64,000 nt of DNA, from assembly GCA_034436595.1 (NCBI GenBank), contig DAOTUO010000002.1, positions 5,120 through 69,119 on the forward strand, given 5' to 3'. Position numbers and translations under genes: made by a program. Below are positions 46,748 to 56,210 of the stretch, piece after piece. The notes under the pieces were generated by a model. It was not told the DNA's origin and searched no databases. It saw only the letters and a program-made list of their open reading frames with translations. Source of the stretch: Anaerolineae bacterium (lineage in GTDB: Bacteria > Chloroflexota > Anaerolineae > Aggregatilineales > Phototrophicaceae). The number at the start of each line of letters is the position of its first letter. Position 1 is the stretch's first letter.

Positions 46748-48008
46748 ATGCTCCTGCCACCGCAATCACCAAATTATCTGGATTAATATAGGCTTGTGCC
46801 GCTTTTAGCGCATCATCGGCAGTAATGACATCAATCATCTCACGGTAATTCATCAAATAATCTAGCCCATAGCCATAGCCTTCCATCGTGTGAATCGAAT
46901 TGGCAATGCCTTCATTCGTTTCGAGTTGCAAAGGCAAGCGCCCCGTAGTATACGACTGAAAATCACGTAATTCATCGGCAGTCACAGGCTCATTGACTAA
47001 TCGTGCGAGTTCTGCACGACAGAGGGCGATGGTCTTATCCACATTATCGGGATGCACCCCCGCCACAATCCGCCAAGCACCCGGTCCATAACCACCATCC
47101 ACACGGCTACTCACATGATATGCCATGCCTTCACGCTCACGCACAACCTCGCCAATGCGCCCCATCATGCCAAATTGCCCCAAGACCCCATTGGCAACCA
47201 CCGCCGCATGATAATCTGGCGCATAACGCGAGGGACCTAATGTCGCCATGATGAGGTCTGCTTGCGATTTTCCCGCTACTTTCATGCGGTCATAGTGGGG
47301 TTGCTGGCTAATAAGCGCTGGCAATTCTGGCGGTATCGGCTGATGGGGGTTATCCCAATCGGCAAAATATTGCCTCACGGTGGCAAGGGCTTGGGCGCTG
47401 TCTACTGAGCCTACAATCACTAAGACCATATCCTGCGCCCCAAAGTGCGTGGCATGATAGTCTCTTATATCGTCTATGCTGATAGTTGGAATGGTGTCTA
47501 ATGTTCCCGTATTGGCATAATGATAGGGATGCAAATCGGGATATAACCCTTCGCGGATGCTCCGCGCCGCCAACCATCCGGTATCTTGTTGGCGATAATT
47601 GAGCCATGTTAGGCGTTCTCCACGCAGACGCTCAATTTCTTCTGTAGGAAAAGTGGGATGGCGCAAGGCTTCACTGAGCAATTCTAATAACACAGGCAAA
47701 TCTTCTGCCAATGCTTTGCCATGAAAACCAATTTTATGCACGCCAGAACTCATGCCCAAATTTGCACCCATATCCTCTAAGGTGTTGTGCAGAGCATTAA
47801 AATCATATTTGTGTGTGCCACGCATGAGGCTAGATGCCAACATAGACACCATGCCCGATTTTGCGGGTGACTCGAATAGACTGCCCGCCTCTACAGACCC
47901 GCTAATGACAACCGAGTGTGTATGCGGAGTTTCGTAGATGAGGACGCGCAAGCCATTAGGCAAAATATCGCGGGTGATTGTCTTTGTATTGGGTAATGTT
48001 TGCATCAT
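46746..48008 (-). CDS. M16-family peptidase homolog lacking the HxxEH zinc motif (probable non-catalytic partner)
   Basis: 420 aa, collinear with the M16 fold. The N-terminal region has no H-x-x-E-H. Confidence 0.8.
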   Translation of the reverse strand: MMQTLPNTKTITRDILPNGLRVLIYETPHTHSVVISGSVEAGSLFESPAKSGMVSMLASSLMRGTHKYDFNALHNTLEDMGANLGMSSGVHKIGFHGKALAEDLPVLLELLSEALRHPTFPTEEIERLRGERLTWLNYRQQDTGWLAARSIREGLYPDLHPYHYANTGTLDTIPTISIDDIRDYHATHFGAQDMVLVIVGSVDSAQALATVRQYFADWDNPHQPIPPELPALISQQPHYDRMKVAGKSQADLIMATLGPSRYAPDYHAAVVANGVLGQFGMMGRIGEVVREREGMAYHVSSRVDGGYGPGAWRIVAGVHPDNVDKTIALCRAELARLVNEPVTADELRDFQSYTTGRLPLQLETNEGIANSIHTMEGYGYGLDYLMNYREMIDVITADDALKAAQAYINPDNLVIAVAGA

Positions 48009-48012
48009 AGTA

Positions 48013-49266
48013 TCATCCTGTGGGGATTAGCCAGCCAACAGTACGGTTTTGTGGGATAAGATAACGCTGTGCGGCGGTCAATGCCTCGTCTATCGTGACA
48101 GATTCAAGCCGTGCCAAATAAGTATCGTGCCATGTGGGATCGCCCAATGCCGATGATTGTGCCAATCCATAGGCTTGGTTAGTGATGCTTTCGGTCTCAT
48201 AGGCAAAATTGGCTCTGGCTTGTTTTTTTGCGCGAGATAATTCGGCAGGTGTGATTCCATCTTGGCACACCTTATCAAATTCTGCCAGTAATAGGGTTTC
48301 TGCCTCTTGATGCGTATGTCCATCGCGCAGGGTCATGCTGATGGTATACAGATAAGGGTCTATGGTCTCGTTGATGCCACCACTCATGCCCGCGCACACC
48401 TCACTTTTGACCAATGCCCCATACAGGCGCGAGGTCTTGTTATCGATGCTCCCCCCTGCCCCTGTGAGGATGCTATCGAGTACCGACATCGCCAACCAAT
48501 CGGGATGCGTTGCCTGTGGGACACGATGCGCCATCATCACAAATGCCGTTTTGATGGGGCGCTCCACCATGGCACGCCGTTCCCCAAGTTGGGTTGGTTC
48601 TGGGCGAGAAAATAAGTCGGGTTTTGTGCCAGTGGAGATTTTCCCATAGTACGATTCAATTTTTTCGCGCATATCATCGGTATCAAACGCACCTGCCAAC
48701 ACCAAAACCGCATTGGCGGGATTATAATGGTGCCGATAATGGGCATAAAGTTGGTCACGGGTCATGGTGGTGAGGTCATGAGCATCGCCAATAATTTCGT
48801 GATGATAACCATGCACCTTAAAGGCGGTAGAACGCACTTCTTCGCGCAACCAAAAAGTCGGCTGATTTTCTGAGCCTTGTCGCTCCGATAAAATGACGGT
48901 GCGCTCCGATTCGGTCTCATCGGGGTCAAATAAGGCGTTGGTCATGCGGTCAGATTCAAGGTCAAGTGCGATGTGAATATACTCGGCGGGAAGGGTTTCA
49001 TAATACATGGTCGAATCGTGCGATGTAAAGGCGTTCCATTGCCCGCCCACCCGATCTATCAGACCATCTAATATACCGGGTGGATATTTTTTTGTGCCTT
49101 TGAACATCATGTGTTCCACCCAATGCGATGCGCCAGTCGTGCCTGTGCGCTCATTGCGACTACCAACACGGTAAAGCGTCCACATGCTAATCACAGGGGC
49201 GGTATGAATTTCTTTGAGCAAGACGGTGAGTCCATTGGGGAGGGTATAGTAGGTCACTTGTGACAT
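48013..49266 (-). CDS. M16-family zinc peptidase (pitrilysin-like), catalytic subunit
   Basis: 417 aa. Inverted zinc motif HWVEH in GASHWVEHMMFKGT. Confidence 0.88.
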   Translation of the reverse strand: MSQVTYYTLPNGLTVLLKEIHTAPVISMWTLYRVGSRNERTGTTGASHWVEHMMFKGTKKYPPGILDGLIDRVGGQWNAFTSHDSTMYYETLPAEYIHIALDLESDRMTNALFDPDETESERTVILSERQGSENQPTFWLREEVRSTAFKVHGYHHEIIGDAHDLTTMTRDQLYAHYRHHYNPANAVLVLAGAFDTDDMREKIESYYGKISTGTKPDLFSRPEPTQLGERRAMVERPIKTAFVMMAHRVPQATHPDWLAMSVLDSILTGAGGSIDNKTSRLYGALVKSEVCAGMSGGINETIDPYLYTISMTLRDGHTHQEAETLLLAEFDKVCQDGITPAELSRAKKQARANFAYETESITNQAYGLAQSSALGDPTWHDTYLARLESVTIDEALTAAQRYLIPQNRTVGWLIPTG

Positions 49267-49332
49267 AATAACGAGCTTTCCAGTAAAAATTTTATGATAA
49301 AAAATGCCTTTTTCATTATAGGCGATTTATGG

Positions 49333-49361
49333 CGGACATACGACCCATTTTTTGCTATAAT
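49333..49361 (+). promoter_or_regulatory. Extended -10 promoter of the TIR operon
   Basis: CGGACA (49333-49338, part of a REP-like GGCGGACATAC copy), 17-nt spacer ending TGC, TATAAT (49356-49361). Confidence 0.5.
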
Positions 49362-49397
49362 GCTTCACATATTTGAGTGATTAACTGGAAAAAAACC

Positions 49398-50789
49398 ATG
49401 TCCCATATATTTATCAGCTATAGCAGAGAAGATGTTGATTTTGCCCGTTATTTACGAGCGCAATTTGAAACCGAAGGGTATCGGGTATGGATGGATGAAC
49501 AGCGTCTACATCCCGGTAGCGATTGGTGGGACGAAATAGAGAACAACATCATCACCTGTAGCGTATTTATGGTGGTGATGTCGCCCAATTCGGCAGGGTC
49601 TAAGTGGGTGAAGCGCGAAATTTTGTGTGCAGAAGACAATCATCGCCCCATTTTCCCCATATTACTGGCAGGTAAGGTATTTGGCAGATTAGCCGATTTG
49701 CAAGCCGAAAATATGATGGGGGGCATCACTGCCAAATTGTCGCAACGGCTATTGGACAGCCTCAAAGGGCTTTTATCCACCAATACCAACACCCCCCTAA
49801 TGGTCAAAATCACCAAAGCCAATATCAGCCAATTCCCCGCCGATGTCATGGTCTTAAAATATTCAAAAGGCTTTTTGGGCGCGAGTATGCACGTTTTTAA
49901 CAGCCTACAACAAGTTGGTACAACCATTAATACGGCAGAACTGACAGAAATTGGGTCATATCAACTGCTAAATACTCAAGATGCTCTCACGGCACCATTA
50001 GTCTTGTATGTGTCCACACCCTATCCACGCCAATTCAAATATACCGATTTAACTGCCTTCATCAAACGGTCTTTTATCATCCTCAAAGAACAAAAACCCG
50101 ATATTCAGCATGTTGCCATGACCATTCACGGCATTAAATTTGGACTAGATGAACGCGAAGCCTTCCTCACCCAGATGAACGCCATTTTTGAGGCGTTTAT
50201 CTCTGGCGATGTCCCGCCAAAATTAGAGCGTGTGAGCATTATCGAAAACGACGCAGGACGTGCGACGCGATTGATTGATATTGCCGATGAATTCACCGAT
50301 ATGCGCGAGGACATAACCACTGTCGAAAATGACATGGGGGCGTATCGTCTGGATATACAACGCGCTACCACCGAAATACCCGCCATCGTCATTTCCGATA
50401 CCAAGCCCTATATTTTGGCAATCATGCCCCCCGCTGATAGCTATGATGATTCGTTTTATTATGGCATCCAACGCCCCACCCATACCTATGGCTTGTTATG
50501 TGAACGTGAATCGGCAGAATTGCTCATCGAAATGCCCGCCGACATCGAAAATTTACAAAGCCGGATCGAATTGGCGCGCGGGGTGATTATTCATCTGGAT
50601 GATAAGCCACTCACGCCCGATTTTGCCATGCAAATTGGCTTAGTATGGGGTGCAAAACGCCCCACCCTATTTATCTGCCAATCGGACAATACCGCCCATC
50701 ATTTGTTGCCCAAAGATGCCATTCATACTTATAAAAAAATATCTGAATTAGAGATATTTATTGCCGATTATCTCGGAGGCATATCATGA
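49398..50789 (+). CDS. Three-domain TIR protein (TIR / macro-like alpha-beta module / nucleoside 2-deoxyribosyltransferase-like module)
   Basis: Trimmed to ATG 49398. TIR: IFISYSREDVDFARYL...VWMDEQRLHPGSDW...SKWVKREIL. The middle and C-terminal assignments rest on pattern similarity only (see findings). Confidence 0.85.
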   Translation: MSHIFISYSREDVDFARYLRAQFETEGYRVWMDEQRLHPGSDWWDEIENNIITCSVFMVVMSPNSAGSKWVKREILCAEDNHRPIFPILLAGKVFGRLADLQAENMMGGITAKLSQRLLDSLKGLLSTNTNTPLMVKITKANISQFPADVMVLKYSKGFLGASMHVFNSLQQVGTTINTAELTEIGSYQLLNTQDALTAPLVLYVSTPYPRQFKYTDLTAFIKRSFIILKEQKPDIQHVAMTIHGIKFGLDEREAFLTQMNAIFEAFISGDVPPKLERVSIIENDAGRATRLIDIADEFTDMREDITTVENDMGAYRLDIQRATTEIPAIVISDTKPYILAIMPPADSYDDSFYYGIQRPTHTYGLLCERESAELLIEMPADIENLQSRIELARGVIIHLDDKPLTPDFAMQIGLVWGAKRPTLFICQSDNTAHHLLPKDAIHTYKKISELEIFIADYLGGIS

Positions 50790-51313
50790 CCGAAAAATGG
50801 ATTACCACCAAAGCCGATTTATTGCCCCAGCTTGAGGAACAATGGGACGCGCTTCATGCCCTGTTCAACATCCTCACAGACTATCAACTCACCCAGATTA
50901 AAAATCCTGATGGGTGGGCAATCAAAGACCATGTGGCGCATCTCACCGCATGGGAAAATTCGGTGATTGCCTTGCTGACGGGTATCCCCCGACATGAGGG
51001 GCTTGGGATTGCACAGGCGTTGTATAATAGTGATGATTTGGATGCTATCAATAAGGCAATTTTTGACATGCACAAAGACGACCCCACCCATGTGGTTTTC
51101 CCGGAATTCCATAAATCCCATGAAAAATTATTGTCGCTGATAGACGGGCTATCCGATGAAGATTTGAATAAAGGATACGGTCACTTTTTGCCCACCGAAA
51201 CAGGCGGGCATTTGCCTGTTATCAACGTGATATATGGCAATACGGTGCATCACTTTAAGGAACATTTGGGGTGGATAGAGGCGATGTTGGCACGGCACAA
51301 TAGCGAGAAATAA
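50786..51313 (+). CDS. DinB / ClbS(DfsB)-like four-helix-bundle protein
   Basis: 175 aa. KADLLPQLEEQWDALHALF, GWAIKDHVAHLTAWE, NTVHHFKEHLGWI. ATGA overlap with the TIR gene; GGAGG 6 nt upstream. Confidence 0.55.
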   Translation: MTEKWITTKADLLPQLEEQWDALHALFNILTDYQLTQIKNPDGWAIKDHVAHLTAWENSVIALLTGIPRHEGLGIAQALYNSDDLDAINKAIFDMHKDDPTHVVFPEFHKSHEKLLSLIDGLSDEDLNKGYGHFLPTETGGHLPVINVIYGNTVHHFKEHLGWIEAMLARHNSEK

Positions 51314-51317
51314 AGAC

Positions 51318-52181
51318 CTATTTGGGCAGAGTTTTTATAAAATCGGCAATCCGCGCTTGGTCATCGGCTGAATATGCCGATGGATTTTTGAGTTCAGAAG
51401 CAGGATTACCCAATTGCTGAAATAAGCGACTGCCATTATAAACCTGCTGATAGGCTTGCCCTAAATCCAAAATAAATTTATCTTCCCCTTCTAATGGCAC
51501 ATAAAATTTAGGCAATGGGTCAAGTAACCCGATTTGGTAAATATCTACTTTGCCCACGGAATCATGCGCATGGGGGTCGGTGACAATGGCATAATAAGGT
51601 GTGCTATTGAGCATATCAGGGTAATCGGGAATATAAGGTAAAATAGGCTGTGTTTGATGTAAAAAGTCAATTTCCACTAAATTCAATCCTGCCCATAAAG
51701 ATGGCTCGCGTTTTTTGATATATGGCGCATAATAACTAGATGGCGGTTTATTGGCAGGTGATAATAATTCGATACGGGTCACTGGCGTTGAATTTAAGAC
51801 AGAATCTTTGAATTTATAGATGACCAAAGCCTGCACAGCATCCTCTGGTGTCAATAAATAATCTAAATTCCTTGTCATGGTAGGGGCAGTCACTGTTGCA
51901 GTTGGAATAGCGGACTGATATCTATCAGAAGTGCCTCGAATCAAAATATCAGGTCTGATGCGTTCTGTTGTAGGTGAATCAAACTCATCCAATAAATTAA
52001 TATGTGCTAATTGAAGTGATTCTTCGTTGGATGTGTAATAACCATCTGGCAAGCTAATATCAATCACATCAGATAAATGTGATAAATATTTATTATGGAA
52101 GCCATGCCACCCGCGGGGTTGCAAATAACTATTCAAATGGGCATTCACACCGGGATATGGATTTCTGCCAGCCATCATCAA
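51318..52181 (-). CDS. DUF4058-family protein (restriction-endonuclease-fold-like)
   Basis: 287 aa. N-terminal NPYPGVNAHLNSYLQPRGWHGFHNKYLSHL matches the remembered DUF4058 opening (P-F/Y-P-G-x-D/N-x-Y-L...W..FH). RPDILI and IELLSPANK motifs. Confidence 0.65.
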   Translation of the reverse strand: MMMAGRNPYPGVNAHLNSYLQPRGWHGFHNKYLSHLSDVIDISLPDGYYTSNEESLQLAHINLLDEFDSPTTERIRPDILIRGTSDRYQSAIPTATVTAPTMTRNLDYLLTPEDAVQALVIYKFKDSVLNSTPVTRIELLSPANKPPSSYYAPYIKKREPSLWAGLNLVEIDFLHQTQPILPYIPDYPDMLNSTPYYAIVTDPHAHDSVGKVDIYQIGLLDPLPKFYVPLEGEDKFILDLGQAYQQVYNGSRLFQQLGNPASELKNPSAYSADDQARIADFIKTLPK

Positions 52182-52335
52182 TTATCCTTTACACTCATTT
52201 TATTCATTATAACATGATTTTGTTAATCATCACGCCTCGTCAATCGGCATAAACCCCTCTATAATAAACACATATTTCTATCTTGCGGACAGCAAAAATG
52301 CCGTCCCTACGAACATATTGGTGAGGACAAATCGT

Positions 52336-55300
52336 ATGTCGCAACCGTTAAATTTTCAGCAAGTTATCCTCAAATTACATGAATTTTGGGCATCGCAAGG
52401 CTGTGCCATCTGGGAGCCATATAACATGCAGGTCGGTGCTGGCACAGCCAACCCCGCCACGCTTTTGCGTGTATTGGGTCCCGAACCGTGGCGCGTAGCG
52501 TATGTAGAGCCATCCGTCCGCCCCGATGATGGGCGCTATGGCGAAAATCCCAATCGGATGCAAAAATATTATCAATATCAAGTCATCCTCAAGCCAGACC
52601 CCGGTAATCCACAGGAACTATATCTCAAATCGCTAGAAGCATTGGGGATTAACCCGCGTGAGCATGATATTCGCTTTGTCGAAGATAATTGGGAATCTCC
52701 CGCGCTAGGTGCATGGGGTTTGGGTTGGGAAGTGTGGCTAGATGGTCAAGAAATCACCCAATTCACCTATTTTCAACAAGCAGGCGGGCTGGAATGTAAC
52801 CCCGTATCGGTAGAAATCACCTACGGCGTGGAGCGCATTGTGCTGGCTTTGCAGGGCAAAAATTCGGCTTGGGAAATTGATTGGCTAGACGGTCTGACCT
52901 ATCACGACATGATGTATAACGAAGAGGTGGAGCATTGTCGGTATTATTTTGACATTGCCGATGAAAATGCGCTCAAAGGGGTCTATGACACCTATGAGAA
53001 CGAATACAAACGCGCCCTAGAGGGCAACGCGCTCATCAGCGCCTATGATTATGTCCTCAAATGTAGCCATTTGTTCAATGTGTTAGATACACGCGGGGCA
53101 ATCGGCGTGACAGAACGCGCCTATTATTTTAAGCGGATGAGGGAGATGACACGCACGATTGCCAAAACATACGCCGCCAAACGTGAGGAACTCGGCTACC
53201 CACTCATGCGAATGAATAGCAAGTGGGGTGAACCGCAAACCCCCGATGCACCCGAACAAGTGCTATATCAACATCCACCCACAGAACCAAAAGACTTTTT
53301 ACTAGAAATTGGTGTGGAAGAACTCCCTGCCCAAGATGTGGATAGCGCCCTCGCCTATCTCCGCGCCACCGCACCCAAATTTTTCGCAGATTTACATTTG
53401 GATGTGGAAGCCGTGTATGTGTTTGCGACACCGCGCCGTCTGGTGATTCATGCGGTCAATCTCGCCCCAAAACAAGCCGATGTGCAACTAGTCGAGAGAG
53501 GTCCCGCCGCCAACCGTGCTTTTAATCCCGATGGCACACCCACCAAAGCCGCAGAAGGCTTTGCACGGGGCAAAGGTGTGGATGTCTCGGCATTACGCAT
53601 CGAAAAAACCGATGCAGGTGAATATGTTGTGGCAGATGTCCATCATATCGGCAGACATACTATCGCTGTGTTGATAGATGCCCTACCAGATTATCTCGCG
53701 GGGATAAAATTCACCAAAATGATGCGCTGGAATAGCACAGGCGTGGCATTTTCGCGCCCCATTCGCTGGTTATTGGCACTATACGACAATGCCATCGTCC
53801 CATTCAATTATGCAGGTGTGACCAGTGGCGCAGTGACATACGGGCTACGTCCATTCGGCTCGTTGCCAGAAGTCGTGACCGATGTCATGGGTTATTTTGA
53901 TGCAATGGGCAGGCAAGGCATTGCACTGAATATCGAAGAACGCCGTGAGATTATCCAGCAACAAATCGCAACGCTGGCGGATGAAGTCGGCGGAAAAATC
54001 CCCAACGACCCCGCCCTGTTGGATGAGGTGGTCAATCTCATCGAAGCGCCAACCTCGCTACGTGGGACATTTGAGGAAAAATATTTAGCACTTCCCCGTG
54101 AAGTGCTGGTGACAGTCATGCGGAAGCATCAACGCTACTTCCCGATTGAGGATAAAAATGGCGACCTCATGCCCTATTTTATCACCGTCCGCAATGGTGA
54201 TATGCACTATCTGGATAAGGTCACACATGGCAACGAACACGTTTTGCGGGCGCGTTTTTCTGATGCCAATTTCTTCTATAGCGAGGACATCAAAAAATCA
54301 CTGCCAGATTATTTGCCCCGCCTGAGTACCCTCACCTTTCAAGAGCAATTGGGGTCTATGATGGATAAAAATAACCGTGTGGCGGGTTTGGTCGAATCAC
54401 TCGGCGGGTTACTCGGTGTGTTCTCTACGGATATTGCCACCGCCAAAACCGCCTCATCTGTCCTCAAAGCCGATTTAGCCACGCAAATGGTCGTCGAAAT
54501 GACTTCGTTACAAGGGGTCATGGGGCGCGAATATGCCCTACGCGGTGGGATGCCCAAAGAGGTCGCACACGCCATCAGCGAACATTGGCAACCCCGTTCT
54601 GCTGGTGATAACACCCCATCTAGCCAAGCAGGGGCATTGCTCGCCATCACCGATAGGCTCGATAGCCTTGTGGGGCTATTTGGGGCAGGACTCGCGCCAA
54701 AATCCACCGCAGACCCTTATGGGTTACGGCGGGCGGCGTTGGGTGTGATTCAAATTGTGGTGGATAAAAAGATGAACACCGATTTGCGCCTGCTCATCAA
54801 TACCGTAGCCGATGCCCAACCCATCACCATATCCGATGAGACCAAAACCGCCGTACTCGATTTTATCGGTGGGCGGTTGCGCGTGTGGCTCGGTGAAGGC
54901 GATTATGCCCCCGATGTCATTAATGCGGTGTTGGCGGAACAGGGTCATAACCCGTATCTGGCGACCATCGGCATTGCACAACTCTCCGAATGGACAAAAC
55001 GTGATGATTGGGCAAACACGTTGGATAGTTTTGCGCGGTGTGTTCGTATCACCCGCGCCGAAAAAGACCGCTATGCGGTGAATCCTGCCTTATTCCAACA
55101 ACCAGAAGAAGGTGCATTGTATGAGGCATACAAATCTGCCAGCAACAATTTGCCTAAAGACGGCGATATTTCGGCATTTTTGACGGCGTTCCTACCGCTT
55201 GTGCCTGCTGTGAGTGCCTTTTTTGGCACGGGCAAGGGGGATGGCGTGCTAGTACATGCCGAAGATGTGGCGGTGCGTCATAATCGGCTGGGTCTGTTGC

Positions 55301-55359
55301 AACTGATTGCACAGATGCAGTCTGGGCGTGCCGATTTGAGCGTGTTGATGGGCTTTTAG
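52336..55359 (+). CDS. glyQS: Glycine--tRNA ligase, fused alpha and beta subunits
   Basis: Alpha part [23 protein letters not shown], beta part [13 protein letters not shown] onward. Trimmed to ATG 52336 (GGTGAGGA SD); the ORF track starts at TTG 52318. Confidence 0.93.
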   Translation: MSQPLNFQQVILKLHEFWASQGCAIWEPYNMQVGAGTANPATLLRVLGPEPWRVAYVEPSVRPDDGRYGENPNRMQKYYQYQVILKPDPGNPQELYLKSLEALGINPREHDIRFVEDNWESPALGAWGLGWEVWLDGQEITQFTYFQQAGGLECNPVSVEITYGVERIVLALQGKNSAWEIDWLDGLTYHDMMYNEEVEHCRYYFDIADENALKGVYDTYENEYKRALEGNALISAYDYVLKCSHLFNVLDTRGAIGVTERAYYFKRMREMTRTIAKTYAAKREELGYPLMRMNSKWGEPQTPDAPEQVLYQHPPTEPKDFLLEIGVEELPAQDVDSALAYLRATAPKFFADLHLDVEAVYVFATPRRLVIHAVNLAPKQADVQLVERGPAANRAFNPDGTPTKAAEGFARGKGVDVSALRIEKTDAGEYVVADVHHIGRHTIAVLIDALPDYLAGIKFTKMMRWNSTGVAFSRPIRWLLALYDNAIVPFNYAGVTSGAVTYGLRPFGSLPEVVTDVMGYFDAMGRQGIALNIEERREIIQQQIATLADEVGGKIPNDPALLDEVVNLIEAPTSLRGTFEEKYLALPREVLVTVMRKHQRYFPIEDKNGDLMPYFITVRNGDMHYLDKVTHGNEHVLRARFSDANFFYSEDIKKSLPDYLPRLSTLTFQEQLGSMMDKNNRVAGLVESLGGLLGVFSTDIATAKTASSVLKADLATQMVVEMTSLQGVMGREYALRGGMPKEVAHAISEHWQPRSAGDNTPSSQAGALLAITDRLDSLVGLFGAGLAPKSTADPYGLRRAALGVIQIVVDKKMNTDLRLLINTVADAQPITISDETKTAVLDFIGGRLRVWLGEGDYAPDVINAVLAEQGHNPYLATIGIAQLSEWTKRDDWANTLDSFARCVRITRAEKDRYAVNPALFQQPEEGALYEAYKSASNNLPKDGDISAFLTAFLPLVPAVSAFFGTGKGDGVLVHAEDVAVRHNRLGLLQLIAQMQSGRADLSVLMGF

Positions 55360-55369
55360 GAGATAATAT

Positions 55370-55400
55370 AAAAAGGTGGGAGAACAGTTCCCACCTTTTT
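55370..55400. terminator. Bidirectional intrinsic terminator between glyQS and the ASCH cassette
   Basis: AAAAA GGTGGGA GAACAGT TCCCACC TTTTT. Confidence 0.85.
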
Positions 55401-55412
55401 GTTATCTAGTAT

Positions 55413-56210
55413 TCAAAAAAGAGAAAGCTGTTTTGTTTCAGTTTTAGGAGGATAAAATACTCCTAAAACAACCCAAGAGTTATAGGGAAAAATTGTACCC
55501 ATAAAAAATTGAGTGTCTTTTTTAGGGTCACATAAATCATCAAGGTATTTCTTTTTAACACTTTCTGCGGCTTTTTCTTCACTACCTAATTTATCAACTT
55601 CCTTTAGAAAAAGTACCCCTAATTCCCAATCTTCACACATAGTTTTATGATAGCTTTTGCTGTCCTCACATTCAAAAATATATGAGAACTTATAAGGTAT
55701 CTTCTTAAGTGGCTTTGGTGGTTCTCCAAATAACTTTAATTGTCTATAAAGAGCTTCCCATTCAGGTTTCCACTCTCTGTCTGCTTCTTCAATTACCATG
55801 TCTATTATTTTACTAGGACGTACAATACCTAACGATGTTTTATCAATATCATACAACTCACGATATTGATTGACTGTATAGCGGGGTAATTTATCTATAA
55901 TTTCACGCCGTGCAGACCAATTATTGCTTGTCAGAATAGGTTTTCCCAAAGGTCTGATTGTTTCCAAATTAGGTTTACGACTCTCTTTACGATTATCATT
56001 CCCATGCCCTCGGGAGCCTAGTTCAACTTCAATCCATTGGTATTTATGAAATTTTTGTTCATTAGGACGATAACGATAATCTATCGGATATAAACGTACC
56101 CATTCTCCCTGTTTCGTAATCCCTGCCGTACACACCAGTTCTTGGTATCCTCTTGAAGGGTGAGGATATGTCATCACCGTTATTAAAACTTCTGTCTTTT
56201 CCACCTTCAT
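55413..56210 (-). CDS. Orphan 265-aa protein, partner of the ASCH gene; no family recognised
   Basis: Trimmed to ATG 56210 (MKVEKTEVLITVMTYPHPSRGYQELVCTAGI; AGGGGGA 4 nt upstream). An in-frame TAG lies just upstream of the ORF-track TTG. AT-rich codon usage. Confidence 0.7.
   Translation of the reverse strand: MKVEKTEVLITVMTYPHPSRGYQELVCTAGITKQGEWVRLYPIDYRYRPNEQKFHKYQWIEVELGSRGHGNDNRKESRKPNLETIRPLGKPILTSNNWSARREIIDKLPRYTVNQYRELYDIDKTSLGIVRPSKIIDMVIEEADREWKPEWEALYRQLKLFGEPPKPLKKIPYKFSYIFECEDSKSYHKTMCEDWELGVLFLKEVDKLGSEEKAAESVKKKYLDDLCDPKKDTQFFMGTIFPYNSWVVLGVFYPPKTETKQLSLF

Noticed and set aside
52182-52335. Possible T-box or glycine-responsive leader upstream of glyQS
   Set aside because: Only 154 nt are available, shared with the divergent DUF4058 promoter. 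I found no T-box consensus (GGTGGTACCGCG-like) and no tandem glycine-riboswitch-like structure.
55401-55409. Inverted 8-9-mers (TTATCTAG / CTTAGATAA at 56663-56671) flanking the ASCH cassette as terminal inverted repeats of a mobile element
   Set aside because: They are too short and imperfect to be distinguished from chance. There is no transposase or integrase, and no target-site duplication is visible.
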